The notes under the pieces: generated by a model
What the model was told of the DNA's origin: nothing
Databases searched by the model: none
What the model saw: only the letters and a program-made list of their open reading frames with translations
NCBI GenBank assembly: GCA_951406725.2
Contig: OX597825.1
Location: forward strand, 36,766,001-36,830,000
Direction of reading: 5' to 3'
Origin: Octopus vulgaris
Lineage: Eukaryota
Length of the DNA: 64,000 nucleotides
Program-made: the position numbers and the translations under genes
In this document: in pieces, positions 38,674 through 52,331 of the stretch
Layout of the letters: each line of letters starts with the position of its first letter
Position numbering within the stretch: the first letter of the stretch is position 1

Positions 38674-39417
38674 GCGCTGGTGCCCTACCGTTCTGCTCTG
38701 TCAGGCAGCGCTTGGTGACCTTCTTGAGCAGCGCTGGTACCCGCACCGTGTTTGGTGTTCCAAAGATCTGGGACGTTGCCAGCAGGTCGTTCAGTTTGTA
38801 CTCGCACGCCTCCATCGCTGGTCTCACGTTCTTGTGTCTTTTCCTCGCCTCCTCTTTGAGTTTCGTCAAATTGGAATCGGTCCTGCTGGCAACATAGCGC
38901 TTTGCTGCCGGCATCAAGGAACTTCTTTTCTCCGGTCTGCAGGAATTGGTCGAGAAACGGAGATGCTTCTTCGTCAGAGCAGAACCTCCCGCTTTGGCAT
39001 TATTTTTCATACCAGAATGACATTCCATCTTTTCTTCTTGGTTTGAAGATTTCCCTTCTCCAATGCAAATGGTTTTCCGCCGTAAATTCGAAGCCGGCTT
39101 GGCTTTCACATGTTTGTCTTTCTCTGACCGGTATAACTGCCAGCGCTTCAAATAATCACTTTTCCGTTTGTCTTCAACCTCCATTCGTTCTGTCTTCAAC
39201 CTCCATTCGTTTTTTTTTTTTTTTTTTTTTTTTCTTCCTCTCCCCCTTTTTTTAACCCCCCTTTTTTTTGTCCTCCTTCTCTCCTTTTACGATCCCTTTT
39301 GATCGAAACTCCCCCTTACTTTTTTTTTTTTTTTTTTTTTTTAAACATTCAAAAGAAAAGCTCTACCTTGTAATTTGTTCTATCTGTGTGCAGCCCTGTG
39401 TGGCTAATAAAGAAACA
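38674..39417 (+). mobile_element. Tx1-like copy D: antisense ORF segment joined to a subfamily-2 3' UTR
   Basis: 39211-39417 matches the copy A 3' UTR. 38674-39210 carries a stop-free minus-strand frame of about 170 aa. Confidence 0.75.
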
Positions 39418-39698
<281 letters not shown>

Positions 39699-40623
39699 CG
39701 GGCCAGGGCCCATGGACAACTTCCAGAGATCCCTGGCCTGGCAGTGCTACCGAGAAGCGCTACCCGTTCGGGATAAGCTCTACAGACACGGCTCGAGAAA
39801 CACGGGGCCGACCTGCCCGAGATGCGGTCAGAGCGACGAAACCGTTCTGCACGCACTCGTTCAGTGTCCAACAATTTCCGACCTGTGGGCTTGTGTCGAA
39901 CAACTGCTGTCACGTGTGGGACGAGTCGGTTTATCAGCTGAGTCTATCGTCAATATTGTCACGCCTCCTTCCTTCAAACGGGAAGGAAGAGCTATTTTCA
40001 TCATCCTTGTGGCTATGGCGAAAGAATGTATCTGGTGGACGCGTCTGAAAGGATTGGAGACAAACACTTTCCTCTCTGGTCAATCTCTCATCAACTTCTT
40101 CAAGTACCACTTGAAAAGGAAAGTGAGAGTAGAGAGGCAAGTTTTGTCTAGCGAATGTTTTAAAAAAAGATGGGTGAATGTAGCAAGAATGGCACGTATG
40201 AATGACGAAGCCACCTTGAGCATAGTCCTATGAACCCAGAAATCGAAAACAGAGAGTTGCTTATTTGCAAAAAAAAAAAAAAAAAAAAAAAGAAATATAA
40301 AATGTGACTTCATTGACCGAGGTTACCGTGGTCTTTTCCGTAGGCTTTTCTTTCCACGGGTAAACCTCACCTGTCCTCCCCTTTACACTTCATATTGACA
40401 TTTCTGTGATAACGATCCCTATTGATCAATTTTTTTTCCTCCCCCCTTTTTTTAACCCCCCCCTTTTTTTGTCCTCTTTCTCTCCTTTTACGATCCCTTT
40501 TGATCGAAACTCCCCCTTCCTTTTTTTTTTTTTTTTTTTTTTTTTTCTAACCCTTCAAAAGAAAAGCTCTACCTTGTAATTTGTTCTATCTGTGTGCAGC
40601 CCGGTGTGGCTAATAAAGAAACA
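39699..40623 (+). mobile_element. Tx1-like copy E (ORF2 C-terminus plus 3' UTR, subfamily 2)
   Basis: GPGPMDNFQRSLAWQCYREALPVRDKL...CPRCGQSDETVLHALVQC...LSIVL* (stop at 40233) is homologous but not identical to copy B. Confidence 0.93.
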
Positions 40624-40692
<69 letters not shown>

Positions 40693-40709
40693 GTCGATCT
40701 GTCTGTCTG

Positions 40710-42201
40710 TTAGGTAGGAACAAAAGTTCGGTCAGTCTTTTAAGTAAAATTGAAAACAATATTTTGGTATTTGCACATCGTTTTATTCGACCACATGTAT
40801 CCTATTTTGTTCCACTACATTCGTTCTCTCTGAGCCTGTTTCATGAACCCATCACGCCAGAACTTGGCACCTTTCTGGGTCATGAAGTGAACTAAGTGGT
40901 GTTTACAGTCTTCCAATGAATTGAAGCTCTTTCCATTGAGACGACTTTTGGTAATCGGAAGGTGCAACGTCAGGTAAGTGCGGTGGGTGTGGTAGTGTAT
41001 CCCAACCAAGCTGTGCCAACTTCTGCCGGGTCTCAAAGGAAACACGAGGTCGAGTATAGTCATGAAGGAAGACGATACCTCTCGAATTGGGTAATTCTAG
41101 ACGTTTTTTTTTTCATCGATTTCCTCCTTTATTCGGGCTAAATGGGAACAATAATTGTTTGAATTCATCGTCTGATTTTGTGGAAGGAGCTCGTAATACA
41201 TGATACCTTTCCAGCCCTAGCAGATAAACAGCATCACCTTCTTTGGATGCTGACGGGCTTTTGAATCGACTAAAGTTGGTTCATTTCATTTCCTCCAGGA
41301 CCTTTGTCGCTCCACATTGTTGTAAACAGTCAATTTTCACCACCAGTGAGCGTTCTTTAAAATTTTCCGTTGAATTATGAATAACCCAAAAGTCATAGCG
41401 ATTTACGTATCCAGGTGTTTCTTAAATACCTTACAACGTTCATATGAGATATGTGAGGAGCTCGTCGCAGTAGTCAAGTGGAGTTAGCCAAATCCTGTCC
41501 GTTCAAGCATAACGTAGCAACGCCACGAGGTGGCTGCTTGAGAGAGCTGTTAAACACGACTGTCCTGTTCGGCTGTCAGCGTTTGACAGAATGAAACGAA
41601 GGAAAAATCGCTGCTGCTAGTTTTCTGCGCATGCGCATGAGGGAACTTCCGACAGGCCTTCCGGAAGAATCCAACTCTGCGCATGCGTGCTGGACATTTC
41701 CAAGATGGCGTCACTACAAGTATTTCAGCAATGTCTTGTGTCATGTGACCGGGATTATTTTCGATTAGCATTTTGATTTGGATCATTGTCAGCGATTGTA
41801 GACCTATTGGAACGTTCACAGTCTTCCAGATCAAAATTTCCGCTCCTGAATCTAGCGAACCGCTTACGAACAGCTGCATCAGCTACAGCATCGTCACCAT
41901 AAACTGTACATTTCTTCTTTGCTCTATTTGTACAGACTTTCCTATTTCTTGTACATAAAAGAGCATCTAATGGTGAAGACGTATTTCGTTTTCTTCCATT
42001 TTCACTTTTAGCTTAAACACAGTAGAAGTGAACAATTTGCACAGCTATCTTATAGAAAGACATGTTGAAATGTCACCGTTCAGAAAATAGATATCATATT
42101 ATGTCGCGTGAGAAACGAAATCACGTGTTGAAATGTTTAAATGCCGCTATTGACCCCCCCCACCAAAAAAAAAACAGTACGAACAATTGTTCTAATCTAA
42201 T
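40710..42201 (-). mobile_element. Degenerate mariner element(s) with an internal insertion
   Basis: TIR-like ttaggtaggaacaaaagttcg and cgaacaattgttctaatctaa. Minus-strand motifs VYGDDAV..VRKRFARFRSGNFDLED, HPKKVML, YYELLP.NQTMNS and FNSLEDCK. Confidence 0.8.
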
Positions 42202-42228
42202 ATACGTACATGTATGAATATATATGCA

Positions 42229-42293
<65 letters not shown>

Positions 42294-43372
42294 GTATACA
42301 CCTAAAATTCTCTCGCTCTCTTTCTCCCTGTGTGTCTCTCTCTCTGTCTCTGTATGTGTGTGTGTGTGTGTGTGTGTGTACTCATAAACATCTAATTATA
42401 CTAGAAAGAGCATAACCTATATGTTGAGATTTTTGTACATGTTGTTTCCAGTGCATTTAGAATCTAACCGTACACATTTTTATTTGTTCTGCCTAAAGAT
42501 ATCGAGCACTTTCGTGACATTAAGATACTGTTAGGTACAGACATATATATTCACAGGTATATATACATACATACATACATACATACATACATACATACAT
42601 TCACACACACACACACACACACGTATATATATATTTATATATGTGTGTGTGTGCGTATTTATATATTTATATAAATTTTATATTTTTGTGTGTGTATAAC
42701 TGCATTTATTAATAATAAAATATACGTCTATTAATAATACTGAATGTTTACTTTTATTAGTAATATATCATTTTGTATCTCATTTCCACTATATATCCAT
42801 TTCCAATATATATAAATATTACATAAAACGTTAACTTTAATACATTAATGTAACCTAATTTTCTCACCTCTTAATTTTAACCTGTATCTCCTAATGTATT
42901 TTATTATTTATTCAGACAATTTAATCTGAATGCAAGTATATTAGTGGACCTCTTACTACGATTTAATTCATATCCTTCAGTAATAATCTCATATGTTACC
43001 TTTTAGATGTGACATAACAAGTTTTTTTTTATTTCTGTAGACAAATATATTGTGTAATCGAAACATCAAGTTATTGCTCTTTATGAATTATTATAAAAGG
43101 CAAGATTATTATTATTATTTCATTTACACCAGGTATCATACCATTACCACCTATAGAAAACACAGCCATACAATCCCCTAATGTACATGACTTAATTATG
43201 TCTGTATTGTATTCTACCTCTACACTATATGTACTATTGATTGGGGAAGGAAGGTAGGTGCATCTTTGAGGACTGTTCAAGAAACCATACGTCTGTCAGG
43301 AGACTTGCTCTCTCTTTTATTTTTATCCGTACATTAACAGCATAGTAAGAATATTTATCTATCAATCAATCA

Positions 43373-43448
<76 letters not shown>

Positions 43449-43461
43449 GTCTATCTGTCTA

Positions 43462-43558
<97 letters not shown>

Positions 43559-43679
43559 TCTCGTAGAAGTTACAAAATTGTACATGTACGAAAAATATCT
43601 AAGATATCTCCTTTTAGAAATTCCCCGTACAGAAAATCAAATAATAACTCTCTTTAGCAAATATATATATATAAGAGAC

Positions 43680-43900
43680 CAAAGTGTACGTACGCAAAAC
43701 ATCCGGGCAGCTAGGTGATACAAAAATGGGACAACAAAACATCCAGATAGACGATACAAAGAAAACAAGGACGGATCATTCGAAGTTTTCTTTCCTCAGT
43801 CAAGCACCAGATTATCCTCGCAATTTCGGCTGATTATACTTGAGATTGCTACAATCTGGCCAGCCCCAAGGAAAAACAAAGAGCATTAGATTCCTTGGGA
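43680..43900 (-). mobile_element. Penelope-like terminal repeat fragment
   Basis: Similar to 22080-22235; minus strand has GGCTG...CAGCC-GAAA. Confidence 0.4.
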
Positions 43901-44413
43901 GACCTTGAGCGACTGCATCACAACCAAAGCATTCTATAAGGGATTAGTGGAGGGGAGGTACAACGACGATCTCGGGGCGAACCTAGGCGTCAACGAGGAA
44001 TACCTGACCCGCCTGTTCAAGACGACTTTCGGGCCGGGATTTATGGACAACTTCCAGAGATCCCTGGCCTGGCAGTGCTATCGATAAGCGCTACCCGTTC
44101 GGGATAAGCTCTACTGGCACGGCTCGCGAAACACCGGGCCGTCCTGCCCAAGATGCGGTCAGAGCGACGAAACCGTTCTGCACGCACTCGTGCAGTGTCC
44201 AACCATTTCCGACCTGTGGGTTTATGTTGAACGACTACTGTCACGTGTGGGACGAGTCGGTTTATCAGCCGAGTCTATCGTCAATATTGTAGCGCCTCCT
44301 TCCTTCAAACGGGAAGGAAGAGCTATTTTCATCGTATTTGTGGCTATGGCGAAAGAATGTGTCTGGTGGACGCATCTGAAAGGATTAGAGACAAACACTT
44401 TCCTCTCTGGTCA
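43901..44413 (+). pseudogene. Tx1-like ORF2 internal fragment (copy F), no 3' UTR
   Basis: SDCITTKAFYKGLVEGRYNDDLG...QRSLAWQCYR* ...ETNTFLSG. Closer to copy E than to copy B. Confidence 0.9.
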
Positions 44414-45500
44414 TGGGCATGCGTCCCTTCCTAGCTAAAAGCGAGAAAGAGATAGAGAGGGGGAGAGATATGCAAATCCAAAATGCAAGCTAAAACATGT
44501 GTGACAAAGCGGGAATCGAAACCTCCACTTCAACAATCAGTCGTGAGGTTGGTGGTTACTTCATACTATGTCTATACGGTGACGGTCTCTCTATACGAAT
44601 ATAATCTTTTTCCTGAATCTTGTTCGTAAACTAAATTGTTCGTTACATGAGAAATTAAACTACACATGATTAAGAGTAATCCATTCCAAGCCACGCCCAA
44701 ACTCCACCAATAGCAAGCACATAAATATATACGTACGTGTGTGTGTGCGCGTGCGCGGAGTTTTGCCTTTGTCTTATACATACATACATACATACATACA
44801 TACATACATACATACATGTGTGTGTGCAACGGGTTTCTTTCATTTCTTGTCAACCAGATCTACTCACAAGGCTTTGGTCGGCCTGGGGCTTGTCCAAGGT
44901 GCCACATAGTGGGATTGAACACAAAACCATGTGATTGGGAAGCCAAGTTCTTACCACACAGCCACGCCTATTTTCAGCAAAAAATACGAATCATATCTTT
45001 CTTATATAAATAAAATATGAAAATTTGCAATACGTGCATGGACGTTAACGCACCGTTTGTATATGCTCTCTTAGTTACTTATACACGTGCGCAGTCTGGT
45101 CGGGGTTCGTTGATCAAATTTCAGTTCGTTATGCGAGTTTAATTTTCTTCAAAAAAATTCTGTGCGTGATTCGATTTGTTCCTTTAGAGAACCATTCATA
45201 TACGGGTGCCACATTGTAGTCAATCACAATGCCTCGCATCCTCCTCGAAATTCCAACACAGCCTCTTCAGAATAACATTGCTTTACCTATCCTGCCAGAA
45301 ACGGAGAGAGCACTCGAAAACTGAGTGTTTGCACCTAAACCTGCCATTATCTGCAACTCACTGGTCGTAAGTGCAATTGAAATATTCATAGAAAAAGAAA
45401 GACGGGTTTGGGCAGTGACGTGTGCGGAATGTCAACAGACTTCTTGGCAATCTAAACCGTTTGAAACGCATGATCGCCAACACCGTAAATAGATTCCGGG

Positions 45501-45575
<75 letters not shown>

Positions 45576-46002
45576 TCCTTGGTATTAGTCGTTATTTGTG
45601 ATGGTTGTTGTCTTGTAGCTGTCTATTCTACCCGTTAACGCATCAAATGAGACTGATGGGAGGGAATAAGAAAGATGTCATGAAACTGGAAACCGGCCCC
45701 AAATGCTTCTAACAGAGTGGACTCCACTAAAAGTACCCAAGGCAATAATCAGATGGTCATGTTAAACCGGACGATGCGTTAAGCCTAACCAACTAAGTGG
45801 GCCATGACGGGATTTGAACTCGGAACACAAAGGGCTGGAATAAATGCCACCAGTTATCCAGTCCGATGTTCATGCAGTCTAACGAATCAACTGCTTCGAA
45901 TTGTTACCGTTCGGATAGCACCCACCATTCGCATCCGAAAGAATGAAAGGCAAAGTCAACCCCGGTGGGTCGATCTTGGTTTATGCATCGGGTAAATATC
46001 CG

Positions 46003-46023
46003 CACGCGCACACACACACACAC

Positions 46024-46113
<90 letters not shown>

Positions 46114-46598
46114 ATGCACACACAAGCACATGCTTAAAAATAAACACGTACATATACACATACACACCCGCAAACACACATACACACAGACATGTAAACA
46201 CGCATATATGCACATGCTCACACACATATGCACATGCACACACCTATGTACACACATACACACATGTACACACATACACACATCTGCACACATTCACATA
46301 TGCACACATACACACATTCGCATATGCACACATACACACATGTACACACGTACACATACACGCACTCGCACACGCACACACACTTAAATCCCTCTCTACA
46401 GAGTTGAGACGGTTGGTTTGGACACAGCTGGAATGCATCCGATCATACGTCTGCTCCGTCAAGGTTGACCTGGGGCTAAACATGCGATGAAGACAGAACA
46501 ACAGCAGCAGCGGAAGAGTTTAAGAAAGAAAATTAAAACTCGTTGATCAATATAATACACAAACGTACTAAGCACGCATACATAAACACGCCCAGGCA

Positions 46599-46662
<64 letters not shown>

Positions 46663-46674
46663 AACACACACAAC

Positions 46675-46709
<35 letters not shown>

Positions 46710-47346
46710 CAAACACAAACACACACAAACACACACACACACACAAACACACACAAACACACACAAACACACAAACACACAACACACAAACACACACACG
46801 CAAACACACACACACACACAACACACACACACACACAAACACACACGCATACGCACACACACGCACACGCACACGCACACACACACACAACTCACATACA
46901 AGCATTCTCACAGAAACGTAAGCATGTACACACACATACATATACATACAAATCCATATATATATATATATACACATGCACACATCCATGCGCACTCACA
47001 CATGCAAACACACTCTCTGACATATACACGCGCGTGGACATGCGCACACGTGCGCGTGCATACAATCGCTCGCACAGAGATGCGCGCATGTGCTTACCTA
47101 TCTATTCGTTCACGCACATGCGTAGTGGTACGCATGCCGAAACACATAATTGCGCGCTCATACGTTCACACACAGTAATGTACGCATTCACATCGTTGTA
47201 TACACGCACACGTCAACATATACACTCGCCCACGTCTACATACACACGCATAGTTATTCGCAAGCATGCACATACGTAGATATGCATACGGAAGCAAATA
47301 CCCACACATACATATGGGTACCTCCACGCACAAAAACGTATGAACA

Positions 47347-47390
<44 letters not shown>

Positions 47391-47696
47391 CACACACATA
47401 CATACACACACACACACACACATACACACACACACACAAACACACACACACAGATACACATACACACACGCATGCACGCACACGCACATACACAGAAATA
47501 TACACACATACATGTATATATATATATTACACACATACACACACATATGCACGTACACACATACACACAGGCTCATGCATACACAACATACATTTGCTCA
47601 TGTTAATACACATGGGCGTACTCTCGTGCAGACATGCTTACATGCACGTCCTCTTTTTGACGAGCGCGCACGCACATACACACATACATGTATATG

Positions 47697-47748
<52 letters not shown>

Positions 47749-48070
47749 AGAAGCGTACGCATATTCATATGCACACCTCAAAACACGTGAGAATACGCTC
47801 GTACACACATGCATGCATGCATACACATACGTTCACATTCTGACGCGACGCACATGCACGCACGCAGACGCCAAAACACATGGAGCATGCGTTCCCACTC
47901 ACACACCACTGCATGCATGTTCACTCGCGTCCAATTTCTGAAGTGCGCGCATCCATACATATACATGCACATACACCTACATACACACCCACCAACAGAT
48001 ACCTCGACATACACACACATACATGCAATATCTACACACTCACACACACACACATGCGAGTGTACACACG
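46003..48070. repeat. About 2 kb of degenerate (CA)n/(CGCA)n simple sequence
   Basis: Alternating purine-pyrimidine tract, interrupted at about 46385-46595. Confidence 0.9.
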
Positions 48071-48473
48071 CACCTTATCGATTACTGCTTTAGTAAACCG
48101 ACAAGAAATGCGTCTCGTAAAACATCAAAGTCTCTAAAATTAAAACCAGAAGAAATCTGGAATCGATTCATCTTTGATATTGATATGGCTGTATAACACG
48201 CACTTATACTTACTTATACATAAATACAAATGTTCTATAACACAAGCAATTGTCGTTAGTCCCTATATGCTCGCACGATATACCAGAAATAACAGCCACA
48301 CCTCCCCCAAACCACTCAGATATTCCCTACCGTAGAAAACGACACAGTGAATAATGTAGTCTGCGATATCATCATCTTGATTATTGGGATCGGTTCGAGA
48401 AGCTCCACTTATTCCATCCAACGTCGCCGTGAGCGCTATATTATTTTCATATTGTGGAAAATATTCTATCAAC

Positions 48474-48752
48474 GGATCTTTTACCTTTTGACCGACATAT
48501 TTAAAAAATAATTTTTTGTAACTAAACACTTTCAAACTTCGTATACTTGTAGAATATGTCACACAAACATCTTTTACTCTTGGCGTTGTTGAGAAAATTC
48601 TGTAATTTGGAAGTTATTTTTTGTTAAAGTTATCGTATTTCGGTAATTTCAACCAATCAATGACGTGTATTCAGCTGAATAAAATTACTGCTGCTGTTTG
48701 TCAACAACAACTTCCGGCGGTGTATATTTCGTTTGTCAAAAGGTAAAGATCC
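48474..48752. mobile_element. MITE with GG termini and 8-bp TSD (Merlin-like)
   Basis: TIRs ggatcttttaccttttgac / gtcaaaaggtaaagatcc; flanks ctatcaac / ccatcaac. Confidence 0.7.
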
Positions 48753-49373
48753 CCATCAACATTGGCCAAATGACATTAGCATCAACTTTATGATCCTTTC
48801 TGTACACAGGGCATATATTTCTGCAGGTTTTCATCACTTTCTTAAAAATAAAAGAAAAGCATAAGGTGTTGATAATGTTCGTTTTGGTTCTCTATTTTTA
48901 GGGTGATCTCAAGCACGCTAAATACAACATGTATCATCTTAAGTTCGCATCGAACTGTTGAGTACCTAACGAGTACGCATGTGCAGGTGATAGACTGAAG
49001 TTAACAACCTATTAGGATGTTTGAAGTTTAGTGACGACAAAAACCGAACTAACGTTTTTGGCCAACCCAATGCATATATAGGTATGTATGTGTGCGCCAC
49101 GTGCGCGCACGTATATGTGTCTGTGTATGTGTGTGTATATGTCTGCATATGTGAATGTGTGTGAGTGTGTATTTGAACGTATGTGTGCTTGTGTGTCTGT
49201 GTATGTGTCTGCTCTCGCTTCGCTTGGCAATTGTTATCAAGTGGTTTGAAAAGAGACCGGTAGAATACATACTAGATTTGAAAAAATAAATTCTGGGGTC
49301 GATTCGTTCGACTAAACCCTTCAAAGCAGTGCTCCAGCATGACCGAAGTTCAATGACTGCAAAAAGTTAAAAA

Positions 49374-49446
<73 letters not shown>

Positions 49447-49572
49447 GTCTGTAACGATTAGTCAAATGGTCATAGCTGGAACGCCCTTGGTCAGAGGTCT
49501 GCCGATCAGGGGTGACGTGGGACTTAACACCCACAAACAAACAAATGAGTGAAGGATTGTGGCTACGTCCTG

Positions 49573-49648
<76 letters not shown>

Positions 49649-50414
49649 CTTTAGCCACAGTGGTCCAATGTATATAAGGCAGGTTGGTCACAGATGGAAC
49701 ACCTTTGGTTATAGGTCTGTTCCTTCAATGCTGATCTGAGGCTAAATAATGATTTCAATAAACCACGGAGGTGCGCTTCTGGAATATTTGCCGATAGGGA
49801 GATTGCGTTGCTTGACTCAAGTATTGAGCAGTGGTTAAGAAGTTTGCTTCAAAGTCACAAAGTTCTGGGTTCGATTCCCTACAAAACTCATCCTGCGCAA
49901 GTGTCGTTCACCATAGCCCCAGATTGACTCAAGCCTCACAAATGAAACGATGAAGATTGAAACTGTGTGGCTGTGGCAATCCTGTCGGATGCACTGTATC
50001 CATTTGTTTTCTTTTAGTTGTTTCAGTTATTGGACTGCGGCCATGCTGGGGCACGCCTTGATGGTTTTAGTCTTGCAGGGTCTAGGATTAAGGTAAAAGT
50101 TTTTATTTTCCATTCACTTTCGGAATTATAACAATTGGTGGCTTGGAGTTTTAACTGCTCTTTCTAGCGAGTCAGATATCCTATTCTTCGGGCATCCCTT
50201 TTGTGTTTGAACGTACACTGTATTCTTCTTTGAATAATATATAATCTATTGACTAATTTTTTCCTTCTCGCTAGACCAATGGTAACTAAGAATTTTTCGA
50301 TGAATATCCTTGCTACCCTAAGATTTTAATTAATGATAATATATATATATATATATTTATATATGTGTGTGTGTATGGGGGGGGGGTTGTGAGTATCTGT
50401 ATATATATATATAT

Positions 50415-50800
50415 ACATCACCTTGATCACCTTGACCGACCAGTCCATCGAGCGTCCATTTGACACCGCTGGTCACAGCGCGCTGTCCACTCCTCTCTGG
50501 ATCGCGCCTCTCTCATCCACGTGATCCCAATCGTTCTCCTGAAATCGCAACTCCACCGTCGGAGAGGCCTTCCGAGTGGTCGTTTCCGCTCGCGCGGGCA
50601 CCACTCGAAAACTGCGCGGCTCCACCGATTATCGGTGAGCCGGGCGACGTGTCCAGCCCGTCTAAACTTGCTGCGTGTATACTCTGCGATGATATCCCTC
50701 ACGCCGGACTTCTTTCTGATGATCTCGTTACTCATGTGTTCTCTCAACGAGATACCAAGCTTTGATCTTTCCATTGCTCTTTGAGCCGTTACCAGTCTAT
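50415..50800 (-). mobile_element. RTE LINE 3' end, well preserved
   Basis: AQRAMERSKLGISLREHMSNEIIRKKSGVRDI...AGHVARLTDNRW...W.PRERKRPLGRPLRRW. Confidence 0.88.
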
Positions 50801-51714
50801 ACTCGACAAACTTCGACACAGTTTCTGTCTACCAAATCCATCACTTAAAAGGCTTTGGTCGGACGGTACTGAAATATAGTAGAAGACACTTGTAGGGCAG
50901 GATTCGTGGCAGACGAACCTTTAGACAGATACTTCACTGCGGGCTAGCTAGGAAGTTGGTCAGTAGGAAAACAAAACTTCCAGTGGGAGAAGAATGTCAA
51001 CAGCAAGCGTGAAACGAATTTGGGTGAACTATACAGAAATAACTGACGACTTAAGCCCTATTGTACCTAAAGTAATAAACCTTTGTAAACCTTTGGTAAA
51101 TGTATTCTCGTCTCCACTAGTTTGCGTATAACAGAACAAAGCTATACACTTGCCCAAGGTGCCACGCAGTGGGACTGAACCCGAAACCACGAGATTTGCT
51201 TGTTTCACACTGTTAAACTCATGTTTGCTGAGCCAAGACATATGAAAATAAGTTAGGCAGATATGGTACCGGAATGAAATTTGTCATTTGATAATATGTC
51301 GGATCGAATATCAGCCTACGTGTCAAATATGGCACCCGTTTACATGTCAGATGTTGTTTCTGGTCACATGTCAAATACGACCACATCCCAAATAGGGCAT
51401 CTGGTTACGTGTTAAATATGACATCGGGTCATATGTCAAGTAGGTCACTTAGTCATTTGTTAGATATAGAAGCTGATGACATGCCGTGACGCCACGTCTG
51501 AAATAAAAATGGATGAATATATCAGACATATAATAGTAGATATACGAAAAAGACGGGTTGACCTTGGCTTTTGATTTTGGTCTCTTGGATTAGTATTGAT
51601 CTAGGATTTAACAAAAATATATAAAAACCCGACTTATGCGTATTAAGTTGTATTTCTCCTGTATGTATGTATGTATGTATGTATGTATGTATGTATGCAT
51701 GTCTGTTTGTCTGC

Positions 51715-51768
<54 letters not shown>

Positions 51769-52331
51769 GTATATAGATTTATACACATATAAATATTCAT
51801 ATATACACACGCGCATTTATATATACAGGCATACATACGTAGTATACACACACACACACACACATATATATACATACATACATACATACGTACCTATATA
51901 TATATATATATATATACACCCTCAGATTCATACGCCTCCACATACACTTTCTCGCACAAATAAGATCAATAAACATGTCTTTACCTCTACAAACCTTTTC
52001 ACCAAAGAACAATAGCAAAAATGGTCTCTTCCTCACCCCCTAAGAAAAATAAATCAATTTCAGATTGTTTATAATTGTGTTTCAATTAAATACATTTGCA
52101 TAAGTAAAGAAATCAATATAAAGTTATAAATCTATGTGGGGGCGGGGCGGGCGGAGGTCTGTTTAATAATAACTGACTCAAAGGAGGAAATGGGTCAGCG
52201 ATTTGCCATATATTTCACTCTGAATAACGCAAAAGCTTCTAACCTTTTTCGCCCCATTTATCCCTGGTTGATTGTGAAATTTACCGTTTTGCTTTGCAAT
52301 TTGAGTTTACACTGCTATCATACATAATCCT

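Noticed and set aside
43071-43280. 69-aa minus-strand ORF in unique-looking sequence
   Set aside because: No recognisable motif, non-ATG start and weak splice signals
45904-48137. Many overlapping Cys/Val and His/Thr ORFs (also near 59.5 kb and 63-64 kb)
   Set aside because: Translations of CA, GA and TATG repeats
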